Below are positions 27,461-36,989 of a DNA stretch of 64,000 nt, piece by piece (positions within the stretch are counted from its first letter, which is position 1; the number at the start of each line of letters is the position of its first letter). The stretch covers positions 7,009-71,008 of the forward strand of contig JAKAID010000002.1 of assembly GCA_021814545.1 (NCBI GenBank), written 5' to 3'. Position numbers and translations under genes: made by a program. This stretch comes from a bacterium. Its GTDB lineage: Bacteria; Patescibacteriota; Minisyncoccia; UBA6257; GWB1-50-10. The notes beneath the pieces are model-generated. The model saw only the letters and a program-made list of their open reading frames with translations. It did not search any database and had not been told where the DNA came from.

Positions 27461-28633
27461 TTATTCGAGAGCAATAATTGTTGACTCCGCAACACCATCG
27501 CTGAACTGGAGGGAAAGCGCGCCGCCGACCTTCAGCCCCCTTACGCTTTTTACCACCTTACCACGTTCGCGCACGATAGAATACCCCAGCTTCAACTGAC
27601 GCGCAGGGTCATTCACCCGCATCACCCGTTCCGCGTTCGTGAGCCGCTCCTGTGCGCGGCGAAGCGCGTCCGCGGTGCGCTCAATTACAGAGCGCAGCGC
27701 GAAGTCGATATCAACCTTTGCGCGGCGCAGCGCGTCCTCAACCCTGCCCACGATGGCCGCAAACTGGCGCACCTTCGCGTACGCTTCCTCCCATGACCGA
27801 TTGAGCAAATTCGCGGCGGCGGTGGGGGTCGAGGTCATGAAGTCAGCCGCGAGCGCCGCGAGTGGCACATCCTGGTCGTGGCCGATGCCCGCAATGACCG
27901 GCACGGGAAACGTAACAAGTTCCCGCACGAGCATCTCGTTATTGAACGCCTGGAGCGATTCGAGCGAACCTCCGCCGCGTATCACCACAAGCACCTCGAT
28001 ATCTTTCCCGCGCAACGTGCGTATGGCGTCAACGAGCGGGCTGACCGCCTGCTGCCCCTCGACGCGTGAATCGACAAGCATCACCTCGTACCCGAATTTC
28101 CCTAAATTATTAATAAAGTCGTGAATGACCGCGCCCTCTTTTGAAGTAACGACGCCTATCTTCCGCGCCAATTCCGGCAGCGGGCGCTTCCGTTCGGGCG
28201 CGAAAACACCCTCGGCGGCAAGCTTCTTCTTCAACTCATCGTATGCCTTTTTGAGCGCTCCTTCGCCCTTGAATTCGATGGTACGAGCAACGAACGAGAA
28301 TCTGCCTGTGGGCGCATAGACCTGCGGGTTACCGGTTAAAATAAGTTCCATGCCGACCTGCATATCGATGCCGCACTGCTGATAATTGAATTTCCATATC
28401 ACGCAGTTCATCACCGCGTCCTCCTTCGCATCTTTCACAGTAAAATATACATGCCCGGACGCTGCGCGCTGCACCTGCGAAACCTCCCCTGTGATGCGCA
28501 CCTCCTGCTTCAGTCCCACGTTCAAAACCTCGATAAACTCGGCAACAGAAAACACGCGCTCTTCTTTTTTCTTCTTGGGGGCCGGCCCCTCGGGCTCTGC
28601 GAAAAGATTAAGATTGTTATTTTTGATTGCCAT
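27461..28633 (-). CDS. xseA: Exodeoxyribonuclease VII large subunit
   Basis: GEVS, SGHVYFTVKD, RGGGSLESL.AFN, GIGHDQD, TPTAAA. Confidence 0.94.
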   Translation of the reverse strand: MAIKNNNLNLFAEPEGPAPKKKKEERVFSVAEFIEVLNVGLKQEVRITGEVSQVQRAASGHVYFTVKDAKEDAVMNCVIWKFNYQQCGIDMQVGMELILTGNPQVYAPTGRFSFVARTIEFKGEGALKKAYDELKKKLAAEGVFAPERKRPLPELARKIGVVTSKEGAVIHDFINNLGKFGYEVMLVDSRVEGQQAVSPLVDAIRTLRGKDIEVLVVIRGGGSLESLQAFNNEMLVRELVTFPVPVIAGIGHDQDVPLAALAADFMTSTPTAAANLLNRSWEEAYAKVRQFAAIVGRVEDALRRAKVDIDFALRSVIERTADALRRAQERLTNAERVMRVNDPARQLKLGYSIVRERGKVVKSVRGLKVGGALSLQFSDGVAESTIIALE

Positions 28634-28638
28634 TATGA

Positions 28639-29835
28639 TCAGGATTTTTTTGCGGCAAGCGAACTTACATGGAACCTATTCGCAGCAAGGAAAAGGAGTA
28701 CCACGAGCGACGTGAAGCCGAATGTGACGGAGAAAAACACGTTTTGACCCAACACATTCGCAAGAACGATGAGCACGACAAGGAACGCGGCGCGGGCGAT
28801 TTGGTAGAGCACTTGTTGGCTCAAAATAAAGTGGCTTGAGTCGGGAATCGCGCGCGTAATTTTATAGAACTCGCTCGTCCATGCAACCATGAGCGCCGCG
28901 TACGCGACGCCACCCGCTACATGGCTCGCAACAACAAGCGCGGGACGAACAAGCGCGATGCGGGTAGCATAGACGAATGCATAGAGTACCGTCGACCACG
29001 CAAGAATGCTGCGCCGCCTCCCCGCGTCAGAGAGAAAGCCGACAAATATGGTGACGATAGCCGCCGCGAACAACCCCGCTGAAATAACACCGCCAAGGTC
29101 GCGCACCGAACCGACCGCAAGATAGACGAACAAGGGCCAGAGCACGCCGCCGACCGCAGCCTCCATCGCATAACCGATGCCGGATACATTGAAATATTGG
29201 AGCGCGGGGCGGCCCATATACTTGACTATCTCAAGCCGCGTCGAATGCGATTCGAGCGTGCGGCGCGGGAATGCAAAAAGCGGCAGCACCGAAAGCACTA
29301 AAATAATCGCGACAATGAAAAATGTGTATTGGAACCCAACGGTGGAAATGAGCAATCCCCCAAAGAGCGGCGCAACGAACTGGACGAGCGAGGTAAGCGC
29401 ATCGCGCGTGCCTATCTCTCGCCCTATCTTCCCGTCTTCCGAAGAGCGCGAAAATGCGAGGTTGTAACCGACATTAAACAGCAAAGTGCTTACCGCAAGA
29501 AGGACTGGCAACGCAAAGAAAAGCGCAGGAGAATCGGCTACATATTTTAATCCCAAAAAATAGAACACGAGCGGCGGCACGCTCAAAAACATCATCATCT
29601 TATCGCTCAAGCGCTCAATAAGAGGCAAGAAAAGAAAAGTGAGCGCAACGAATGCGAGCGAGCTCAAGAGATAGAAAAAGAGAATGCTTGCGAGAGAAAA
29701 ACCAGACCTCCAGAAAAGAACGGGGACGAACACGCTCACCAGTCCTCCAGCAAAATATTGGAGCGCGAGGGTTATCGAGAGCGCACCTATTTCCCGGGGC
29801 GGCGCGATATGAAAATGTATGCGGTCAAGAAGCAC
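28639..29835 (-). CDS. MFS transporter
   Basis: About 12 TM segments; GFLSDAGRR; probable GTG start after TATAAT. Confidence 0.78.
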   Translation of the reverse strand: MLLDRIHFHIAPPREIGALSITLALQYFAGGLVSVFVPVLFWRSGFSLASILFFYLLSSLAFVALTFLFLPLIERLSDKMMMFLSVPPLVFYFLGLKYVADSPALFFALPVLLAVSTLLFNVGYNLAFSRSSEDGKIGREIGTRDALTSLVQFVAPLFGGLLISTVGFQYTFFIVAIILVLSVLPLFAFPRRTLESHSTRLEIVKYMGRPALQYFNVSGIGYAMEAAVGGVLWPLFVYLAVGSVRDLGGVISAGLFAAAIVTIFVGFLSDAGRRRSILAWSTVLYAFVYATRIALVRPALVVASHVAGGVAYAALMVAWTSEFYKITRAIPDSSHFILSQQVLYQIARAAFLVVLIVLANVLGQNVFFSVTFGFTSLVVLLFLAANRFHVSSLAAKKS

Positions 29836-29892
29836 GTGTCCATCATTATAACACTTGCCCCGGCCCCTGCCGTATAGTAAGGTAGAGGCACC

Positions 29893-30912
29893 ATGGAACC
29901 AGCAAAACTCTACACGAACCTGAAGGTCGGCAAGCCCGTCGACGCCACGATCGAAATTACAGGCGAGGTGCCCGCCCCCATTCTCGAGGTGCACCGCAAA
30001 GAAGTTTTGGAAAAGGTGAAGCACGGACTCGAAGTTCCCGGCTTCCGCAAGGGTAACGTTCCCGAAGCGGTCGTGTTAAAGCACGTGAATATGAACCATG
30101 TGCTCGAAGATGCGGCTGAGGAGGCGCTGAACACTGCCTACCCCGCGATTATCGATGAGTACAAGCTCGCACCGCAGAGCGCGCCGCGCATTACGCTCGT
30201 AAAACTTGCACTCGGAAGCCCCTTGGAGTTCAAGATGAGTATCGCAGTGGAACCGGAAGTGACGCCCCCCAACTACAAAAAGATAGCAGCTGCGGTGAAA
30301 GCAAAAGCAAAGCCCGTCGAGGTCACCGAAAGGGATGTCGACGAAGTTTTGGGGCAACTCCTCACGATGCGTTCGTCCGAAGGGGCAAAAACGGAGCTTA
30401 CGGACGAATTCGTAAAAACACTTGGTAAATTCGAGAACGTTGCTGACTTTAAGGCAAAGCTCAAAGAGAACATCAAAACCGAAAAAGAAGATGAAGCGCG
30501 CCGCCTCCGTTATGAGGAGCTCGCACAAGAGCTCGCCGCGGGAGCGAAGTTCGCCCTCTCCCCGCTCCTCATCGAAGATGAGGTATACGCGGCACACGGC
30601 CGTCTCCACCGCGAACTTGAGAAGCGGAAGATGAGCGCCGAAGAATACTTCAAGATCATCAAAAAAACCGAAGAAGAATACATGAAGGAGAAGAAGGAGG
30701 CCATCACCCGCCAGCTGAAGACCAAGTTCATCTTGAAAGCCATCGCCGCGAAAGAGAACATCAAACCCGACGAGAAAGAAGTGGAAACCGAGCTCCAGCA
30801 CGCTGCCCGACACTATCCGAACGCGAACCCTGAAGCATTTCGCGCCTACATTGAAGAGATGATGGCGAACGAAAAAACGCTGAAATTCCTTGAAGAGGCG
30901 AACTGGAAATAA
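29893..30912 (+). CDS. tig: Trigger factor lacking the PPIase domain
   Basis: VPGFRKGNVP ribosome-binding motif; linker runs straight into ELTDEFVKTLG; 339 aa. Confidence 0.9.
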   Translation: MEPAKLYTNLKVGKPVDATIEITGEVPAPILEVHRKEVLEKVKHGLEVPGFRKGNVPEAVVLKHVNMNHVLEDAAEEALNTAYPAIIDEYKLAPQSAPRITLVKLALGSPLEFKMSIAVEPEVTPPNYKKIAAAVKAKAKPVEVTERDVDEVLGQLLTMRSSEGAKTELTDEFVKTLGKFENVADFKAKLKENIKTEKEDEARRLRYEELAQELAAGAKFALSPLLIEDEVYAAHGRLHRELEKRKMSAEEYFKIIKKTEEEYMKEKKEAITRQLKTKFILKAIAAKENIKPDEKEVETELQHAARHYPNANPEAFRAYIEEMMANEKTLKFLEEANWK

Positions 30913-30917
30913 GCGCA

Positions 30918-30947
30918 CAAAAACCCGCGTACAACGCGGGTTTTTCT
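30918..30947. terminator. Bidirectional intrinsic terminator
   Basis: AAAAACCCGCGT-ACA-ACGCGGGTTTTT between convergent genes. Confidence 0.8.
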
Positions 30948-30959
30948 TTCCGGCGAATA

Positions 30960-31382
30960 CTAAGAGAACGAGATAAGCATCGCGCCAAAGGTCATGAGGA
31001 GCGCACCAAGCGCTGACTTCCATCCAAACGTCTCCCCCAGAAACAATGCCGCGAAGATAACCACGAACACGATACTCGTGCGGTCGATAGCCGCAACGCG
31101 CGAAGCACCGCCTATCTTCAATGCAAAAAAGTAAAAAAGCCACGAGAGTGCACCCGCGATGCCGGAGAGCGCTATCATAAGCCAGTCGCGCCCGCCGAAT
31201 GACTGGAGCGAAAACCCATCAAATTTGCGGAGCGCGAGCGAAGTAAGCACAAGGACGCCCGCCATAATAATAGAGCGAATGGTCGTCGCAAGCGTGGTAT
31301 CAACGTCTTTGAGCCCGATTTTCCCGAATATCGCGACGAGCGCGGCGGTAATAGATGAGAGAAGTGCGTAAATCGCCCACAT
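30960..31382 (-). CDS. EamA/DMT-family transporter
   Basis: Five TM; KIGL..VD..LAT.IR; SWLFYFFALK. Confidence 0.85.
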   Translation of the reverse strand: MWAIYALLSSITAALVAIFGKIGLKDVDTTLATTIRSIIMAGVLVLTSLALRKFDGFSLQSFGGRDWLMIALSGIAGALSWLFYFFALKIGGASRVAAIDRTSIVFVVIFAALFLGETFGWKSALGALLMTFGAMLISFS

Positions 31383-31386
31383 AAAA

Positions 31387-32283
31387 TTAGAGTTGTTTGA
31401 GAAGCGAGTCGAATACCTCGCGCGCACTCTCGCCTTTTATTGCAACGCGATGGACCGCAGAAAGCAGCTTGAACTGTCCCTGCTCGCGCTTCGGCAGAAG
31501 CTTCATAAGGGGGGTGAGCGAAACCAGTCCCTCGCTGGGCGGCGTCTTCCGCTTCTTGATAAGCATCGCCCCCACCTCCACATTTTTCGAGAACGGACTA
31601 TAGCCGGTAGCGACAAGGTCAACCGCTCCTGAATTCCCGTATGTTGTCTGCCGCTTTCCGCCAAAGATGGGGAGCAGACGTTCCATCTCATGAACCGCGG
31701 AAATGGCAAACTTCGCCCGCGCATTCCCCCCCCACTTCAAACCGTGCGCAATACCAAGCCCGAGAGCATACACATTTTTGAGAACGCCCGCGAACGATAC
31801 GCCTCGCACATCATTCGAACCCTCAAGATGGACATGGGAACGTTTGAAAAGGTCGAGTATTCTCGCACGAACCTCCGCGCGTGTTGACGCAGCAACGCCG
31901 AAGCCTGGTAGTCCGCCCAAGAGCTCCTCGGCGAGCATCGCGCCGCTCACGAGCGCAATGGGTTGCCGCTCGTGGAGCGTACGCGCAAGCAGGTCATACG
32001 CCGTCTCCCCCGTCTCCTGCTGAAGCCCCTTTGAGACGGTTATGACTACGGTGTTTTTGTGGATGAATGGCGTTGTCGAAGTAAGCGCCGCGGGCATGCA
32101 CCACGAGGGCACGCAAAAGAAAAGATAGTCCGCACGTGGGACTATCTCGAACAACGATTTTTGACCGCTTACTTTCCCTGGGCAAATATCCCAGGCGCTT
32201 ATATCCGCGTGTGCCGCCTTGAGCACGGCCGAGAGCGCCTGTCCTATCTCTCCCATGCCCACCATCACGATGCGCGGCTTCAT
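31387..32283 (-). CDS. gpsA: NAD(P)H-dependent glycerol-3-phosphate dehydrogenase
   Basis: GMGEIG, SKG, SG..LA.E, GVLKNVYA, G.NA. Confidence 0.8.
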   Translation of the reverse strand: MKPRIVMVGMGEIGQALSAVLKAAHADISAWDICPGKVSGQKSLFEIVPRADYLFFCVPSWCMPAALTSTTPFIHKNTVVITVSKGLQQETGETAYDLLARTLHERQPIALVSGAMLAEELLGGLPGFGVAASTRAEVRARILDLFKRSHVHLEGSNDVRGVSFAGVLKNVYALGLGIAHGLKWGGNARAKFAISAVHEMERLLPIFGGKRQTTYGNSGAVDLVATGYSPFSKNVEVGAMLIKKRKTPPSEGLVSLTPLMKLLPKREQGQFKLLSAVHRVAIKGESAREVFDSLLKQL

Positions 32284-32290
32284 GTGTTCA

Positions 32291-32941
32291 TTATACCTTT
32301 AATTTCGAAACGGGACACTGCGCGTGGTCATGTGCTTTTGCGGGGCAATACTCGCGCCCGTAGGCGATAATGCGAAGAGAAAGCCCTCGCCACGCTTTGC
32401 GCGGCACAAGGACCATAAGGTCCTGCTCGATTTTCTCTGGATCGTTCTCGTACGTGAGTCCCCAGAGGCGGGCAAGGCGCCGTACATGAGTATCAACTGC
32501 GATACCTTCCACAATGCCGTAGGCACTTTCCAAAATAATGTTCGCGGTTTTCCTCCCGACACCGGGAATAGCCACCAATGCTTCCATCGTCTGCGGTACT
32601 TCCCCGTGGAACGTCTTTGCGACCATGCGTGCCGCCGCAAGGATATTCTTTGCCTTGTTTTTATAAAAACCGGTGGGCCGTATCTCACGCTCAAGGTCCG
32701 CAGGGCGCGCGCGAAGATAACTCTCGAACGTCTTGTATTTTTTGAAGAGTGTTGCAGTAACCTCGTTTACTTTTTTGTCGGTGCACTGTGCAGAAAGTAC
32801 GACCGCGACAAGAAGCTCCCAGGGAGTGCGCGCATTGAGCGAAACGTGCGCTTCGGGATAGAGCTTGTGGAGCAGTGCGATTATCTTTGCCGCGCGCTTC
32901 TTCCGCTCTTCCATTGTTGCCGCATCGATCGTGTACTTCAT
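32291..32941 (-). CDS. nth: Endonuclease III
   Basis: LSAQCTD..VN, GFYKNKAKNI, PGVGRKTAN, AVDTHV. Confidence 0.92.
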   Translation of the reverse strand: MKYTIDAATMEERKKRAAKIIALLHKLYPEAHVSLNARTPWELLVAVVLSAQCTDKKVNEVTATLFKKYKTFESYLRARPADLEREIRPTGFYKNKAKNILAAARMVAKTFHGEVPQTMEALVAIPGVGRKTANIILESAYGIVEGIAVDTHVRRLARLWGLTYENDPEKIEQDLMVLVPRKAWRGLSLRIIAYGREYCPAKAHDHAQCPVSKLKV

Positions 32942-33027
32942 TAGCGATGGAATCCGAACGCTGAATACCCGAGATATGCGAACACGAGTCCCGCGATGAT
33001 AAATATCCAAAATTCGAGATGCTTCAT
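32941..33027 (-). CDS. Putative 28-aa membrane peptide
   Basis: MKHLEFWIFIIAGLVFAYLGYSAFGFHR exactly fills the gap between permease and nth (TAATG overlap). Confidence 0.5.
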   Translation of the reverse strand: MKHLEFWIFIIAGLVFAYLGYSAFGFHR

Positions 33028-33028
33028 A

Positions 33029-34273
33029 TTATTCGTAACGCAACGCCTCAATGGGACTTTTCTTCGCCGCCTGCCGTGCGGGATAGAGCCCAAATACAAG
33101 CCCGGTGAGCGTGGAGACTCCTGCCGCAAGCCCTATCGCCGAAACAGGGAGGGAGAATACCCAATTCGTCTTCACGATGTCCACCAGAATAAAGTAAATG
33201 CCTACCGTGAGCAATCCGCCCACCATAATGCCGACGAGCCCACCAACGAACGTGAGAATAACGGACTCCCATAAGAACTGCTGTAAAATATCGCCGTTCG
33301 TTGCACCCACTGCTTTGCGAAGACCTATCTCGCGCGTGCGCTCAATGACCGACACGAGCATGATGTTCATAATGCCGATGCCGCCCACAACAAGCGAGAT
33401 AAATGCGATAGAGGTGAGGAAAAGCGTGAGAATGGAGGTGATGTTTCCGAGAAGCGAAAGCGCGTCTTCCTGCGTGCGGATGTCAAAGTCATCCTTGTCC
33501 GGGTTCGTAATGTGGTGACTCTCGCGGATGATGGAAAAAACGCGCTGCTTCACGAACTCCGACGTGTAAGAATCGCTTGCCTGGAGCGTAATGAGGTTAT
33601 AATAATCAATACCCAAAAGCTGTTTCTGCGCCACCGTGATGGGAATTATAACAGCATTGTCCTGGTCGATGCCGCCGGGGCCGACACCCTTCGGCTCTAA
33701 CACGCCCACCACGCGGAATGCCACGTCCTTCAGTCGTATCATTTTCCCGAGCGGGTCATAACCGCCAAAAAGCGTCTTTGCTATCTCCGAACCCAAAACC
33801 GCAACACGCTCGTATGAATTGACCTCTCCATCGGTGAATGTGCGGCCCTCAGCGACCACAAAATCCCTCACGCTAAAATAGGGCCCCGTGACACCAATGA
33901 ATGTGGCGGTGGTATCATTGCTCCCATACACGATTTTTGCCTGACCACGCACCTCGGGCGCCACCGCGACGATAGACGCCTCGCGTGAGAGCGCATCCGC
34001 ATCCTCCTTTACGAGCGTCTTAATGATGATGCCCTGCGATGCGGCGGGGGAAGAAAATTTACTGCTCTTCGAGGCGCCGGGGAGCACGAAGACGAGATTG
34101 GAACCTATTCCCTTAACCTGATTTATGATGACCGCCTGCGCGGAATTCCCAATAGACATAAGAAGAATAACGGACGCGATGCCGATAACGATACCGAGCA
34201 TCGTAAGGAACGACCGCATTTTTGCGTGCCGCACGCCCGCCACCGCCATCCTAATAGAATCGTATGCGCGCAT
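33029..34273 (-). CDS. MacB/FtsX-like ABC permease
   Basis: RSFLTMLGIVIG, GGIGIMNIMLVSV.ERTREIGLRKAVGA, PIEALRYE. Confidence 0.92.
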   Translation of the reverse strand: MRAYDSIRMAVAGVRHAKMRSFLTMLGIVIGIASVILLMSIGNSAQAVIINQVKGIGSNLVFVLPGASKSSKFSSPAASQGIIIKTLVKEDADALSREASIVAVAPEVRGQAKIVYGSNDTTATFIGVTGPYFSVRDFVVAEGRTFTDGEVNSYERVAVLGSEIAKTLFGGYDPLGKMIRLKDVAFRVVGVLEPKGVGPGGIDQDNAVIIPITVAQKQLLGIDYYNLITLQASDSYTSEFVKQRVFSIIRESHHITNPDKDDFDIRTQEDALSLLGNITSILTLFLTSIAFISLVVGGIGIMNIMLVSVIERTREIGLRKAVGATNGDILQQFLWESVILTFVGGLVGIMVGGLLTVGIYFILVDIVKTNWVFSLPVSAIGLAAGVSTLTGLVFGLYPARQAAKKSPIEALRYE

Positions 34274-34274
34274 G

Positions 34275-34988
34275 TTATTTGAAAAATTCCGCTTTTGAAT
34301 GCCGCGCCTTCACGATGGGCCTATCAGAGTCAAGCCGCCCATCCTTAATATGAATGAGGCGGTTCGCGAATTCCGCCGTATACGTTTCGTGCGTCACAAG
34401 AATAATGGTATGCCCTTTCTCGTGGAGGTCGTGCAAAATGGACATGACCTGCGCCCCCGACTTTGAGTCGAGGTTGCCGGTAGGTTCATCGGCAAAGATA
34501 ACACCGGGATTGCCGATGAGCGCCCGTGCAATCGCAACACGTTGTTTCTGGCCGCCAGAGAGCTTCCCCGCCTCCATATATAATTTCTCTTCGAGCCCCA
34601 CGCTCGCCACGGCGCGTTCCACAAGATGCTTCCGCCGCTCGATGGGTACGTCATGCGAATACATAAGCGGCATTGCCACATTCTCGAAAACTGTATGGCG
34701 CGAGAGGAGGTTGAATGACTGGAAAATGAACCCCATTTCGCTGTTGCGGATATGCGCCATATCAAGGTCAGTGAGATCATTCACATTATGCCCGTTGAAA
34801 AAATACTCGCCGCTGGTCGGCCGATCCAAGAAACTCAAAATATGGAGCAACGTAGACTTGCCGGAACCAGAAGGCCCCATAATGGCAACGAACTCCCCCT
34901 TTTTTATTTCGAAGGAAACCCCCGCAAGCGCGAGCGTAGATTCGCCTTCGTCCTCATAACGTTTTTCGATACCGACCAGCTTTATCAT
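34275..34988 (-). CDS. ABC transporter ATP-binding protein (MacB/LolD type)
   Basis: [33 protein letters not shown]. Confidence 0.95.
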   Translation of the reverse strand: MIKLVGIEKRYEDEGESTLALAGVSFEIKKGEFVAIMGPSGSGKSTLLHILSFLDRPTSGEYFFNGHNVNDLTDLDMAHIRNSEMGFIFQSFNLLSRHTVFENVAMPLMYSHDVPIERRKHLVERAVASVGLEEKLYMEAGKLSGGQKQRVAIARALIGNPGVIFADEPTGNLDSKSGAQVMSILHDLHEKGHTIILVTHETYTAEFANRLIHIKDGRLDSDRPIVKARHSKAEFFK

Positions 34989-36553
34989 TATTTCGTCGCA
35001 TTCGCCCTCAATCCCACGTTCACCACGTCCTGGTTCTCATATACGCCGCTCACCACCTCCACAAAGCCATTGTTGCGAATGCCGAGGGTCACCTGGGTGT
35101 CGATGGTGGTCCCGTCGAGCTGTACCGTACGCACAAAAGCGCCCTTATCATTCTCAATGACCGCGGATTCCGGCAACACAAGCACGCCCGCCTTCTTCAC
35201 ACTCTCTATCTCAAGATTCGCGGTAAGGCCGCTCCTGAACTTCGCGTTTGCCTCACTGAACCGGATGGTAACCTTAAAATTCACCACGCCATCAATGACC
35301 GTTTCCGCCGGGTCAATGTAAGAGACTGTTCCGGAGAATTTCTCTCCAGGGAACGCATCGAGCGTAATGGCGACTGACTTTCCGATCGCAATGCGACCAA
35401 CATCGACTTCGGGTACATTCGCTTCTATCTCAAGATTTTGCTCCCCCATAATGGTGATAAGTACCGCATTCGGTGCCGCTATCTCGCCCGCCTTCGCATC
35501 CTGCTTCGTCACAATGCCTGCGATGGGCGCGTAGAGCGTCCCTTTCGCGATCTGTGCCTGGATGGAAACGACGTTCGCCTGCGCCTGCTTCACCTGTGCA
35601 TCCTGCGCTGCGATACTCTCTGCGGTGGAACCCGCCTGGAGCAGCGCGAGTTCATTCCGCACCCGCTCGACGATAACTCGTTGTGCCGCAATGGCCTGCT
35701 GCTGCGCGCTCACGGCGGAAACTGCTGTACTTACATTCGCACGCCCAAGTCCGATATTTGCCTTATAGGTAGCCGCATCAGCGGGCGCCACGCCGGAAGA
35801 CTTGTTAACCGCATCAAGTGCATGGCTCAAATAATCACGGACTACATACATATGCTGATTACCGCTCTGGAGCAGCAAATCAAGGTCGGCTTGCGAGGAG
35901 GTTGCAGAGACAGAAGAGAGTTCCTTGCGCCACGCACGAAGCTCCACGCCGGATGCCTTGCGTGAATTCACCACGTCTATCTGGACCTGCGTATCGGTAA
36001 CCGCGAACACGAGCTGTGGCGAATCGGAATCGCCGTTCCAGAATATTGTGTCAGCCTTGGTGCGGACCGCATCATCCGCCTTCGTATATGCATCATTCAG
36101 CACGTCGAGCACGCTTGCATAATTATTCGTAAGGTCCTGCTCGGCCTTCTTGAGCTCTGCGATCTTTACCTGTATCTCTTCGGGGCGCGTCCCCTGTTTC
36201 AGCTCGTCGAGCTTTGCCGCTTGCGCCTCAACATTTGCTTGTGCCTGAAGCAAGTTGGCGGCAAGCTCGCTCGTGTCGAGATACGCGAGCGACTGGCCCG
36301 CCGTCACCTTGTCACCTATTTTTACGAACACATCCTTTATTTTCCCTCCTTTTTCGAATGCAAGGTCGACGCTGTCGGCCGGTTTAATACGCCCGGTCAC
36401 GGTAACGATTGAAGAAATGTCGCTCTTGGTCACTGCGGTAAGCTGGTAAACCGGAGGGCGAGTGATGCGATAATACCAAAACCCTCCGCCTCCCAACGCA
36501 AGAATGGCAAGAATGACAGGGAACCAATAACTCCTCCGTTTAGTTCGTTTCAT
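34988..36553 (-). CDS. Membrane-fusion (MacA/HlyD-like) adaptor protein
   Basis: N-terminal TM, lipoyl-like halves, long coiled coil, APIAG. Confidence 0.87.
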   Translation of the reverse strand: MKRTKRRSYWFPVILAILALGGGGFWYYRITRPPVYQLTAVTKSDISSIVTVTGRIKPADSVDLAFEKGGKIKDVFVKIGDKVTAGQSLAYLDTSELAANLLQAQANVEAQAAKLDELKQGTRPEEIQVKIAELKKAEQDLTNNYASVLDVLNDAYTKADDAVRTKADTIFWNGDSDSPQLVFAVTDTQVQIDVVNSRKASGVELRAWRKELSSVSATSSQADLDLLLQSGNQHMYVVRDYLSHALDAVNKSSGVAPADAATYKANIGLGRANVSTAVSAVSAQQQAIAAQRVIVERVRNELALLQAGSTAESIAAQDAQVKQAQANVVSIQAQIAKGTLYAPIAGIVTKQDAKAGEIAAPNAVLITIMGEQNLEIEANVPEVDVGRIAIGKSVAITLDAFPGEKFSGTVSYIDPAETVIDGVVNFKVTIRFSEANAKFRSGLTANLEIESVKKAGVLVLPESAVIENDKGAFVRTVQLDGTTIDTQVTLGIRNNGFVEVVSGVYENQDVVNVGLRANATK

Positions 36554-36586
36554 GCGGTGGTCTCATCCTATCACAAACAGATGATG

Positions 36587-36937
36587 CTACTCCATCCTGC
36601 GCTTTTTTCGGCGAACGTCCTTTTCGAGGGACCGCTCTTTATATTTACGCAATTCGAGCTTCAAGAGGTCTTTTATCTCGTCTATCGCTGCGCGCGCATC
36701 CGAGTGCTCTGCGTCCACGCATATTGTTTTCCCCGGCAACCCGAGGGTCACCTCCGCATAGAACACATTGCCGTGAGTGTGGTGCTTGCTCGTGCGCGCA
36801 AGCTCGCAAAATGCGGTTACCTCATCGTTCTCCTCGAACCGTGAAACAATGTCGGCGCACGCCCCTATCTTCTCCTCGATGTACTCCTTGATTGCGGGAG
36901 TAAGCTCAAGTTTGCTGCCCATAATATTTATCTTCAT
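36587..36937 (-). CDS. raiA: Ribosome hibernation factor (HPF/RaiA, short form)
   Basis: LELTPAIKEYIEEK, AAID...L.KYKE. Confidence 0.88.
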   Translation of the reverse strand: MKINIMGSKLELTPAIKEYIEEKIGACADIVSRFEENDEVTAFCELARTSKHHTHGNVFYAEVTLGLPGKTICVDAEHSDARAAIDEIKDLLKLELRKYKERSLEKDVRRKKRRME

Positions 36938-36989
36938 GTGGATAATTATACGCTATAAAAACACGGGCGCGGAGCCCGTGTTTTTCTGT

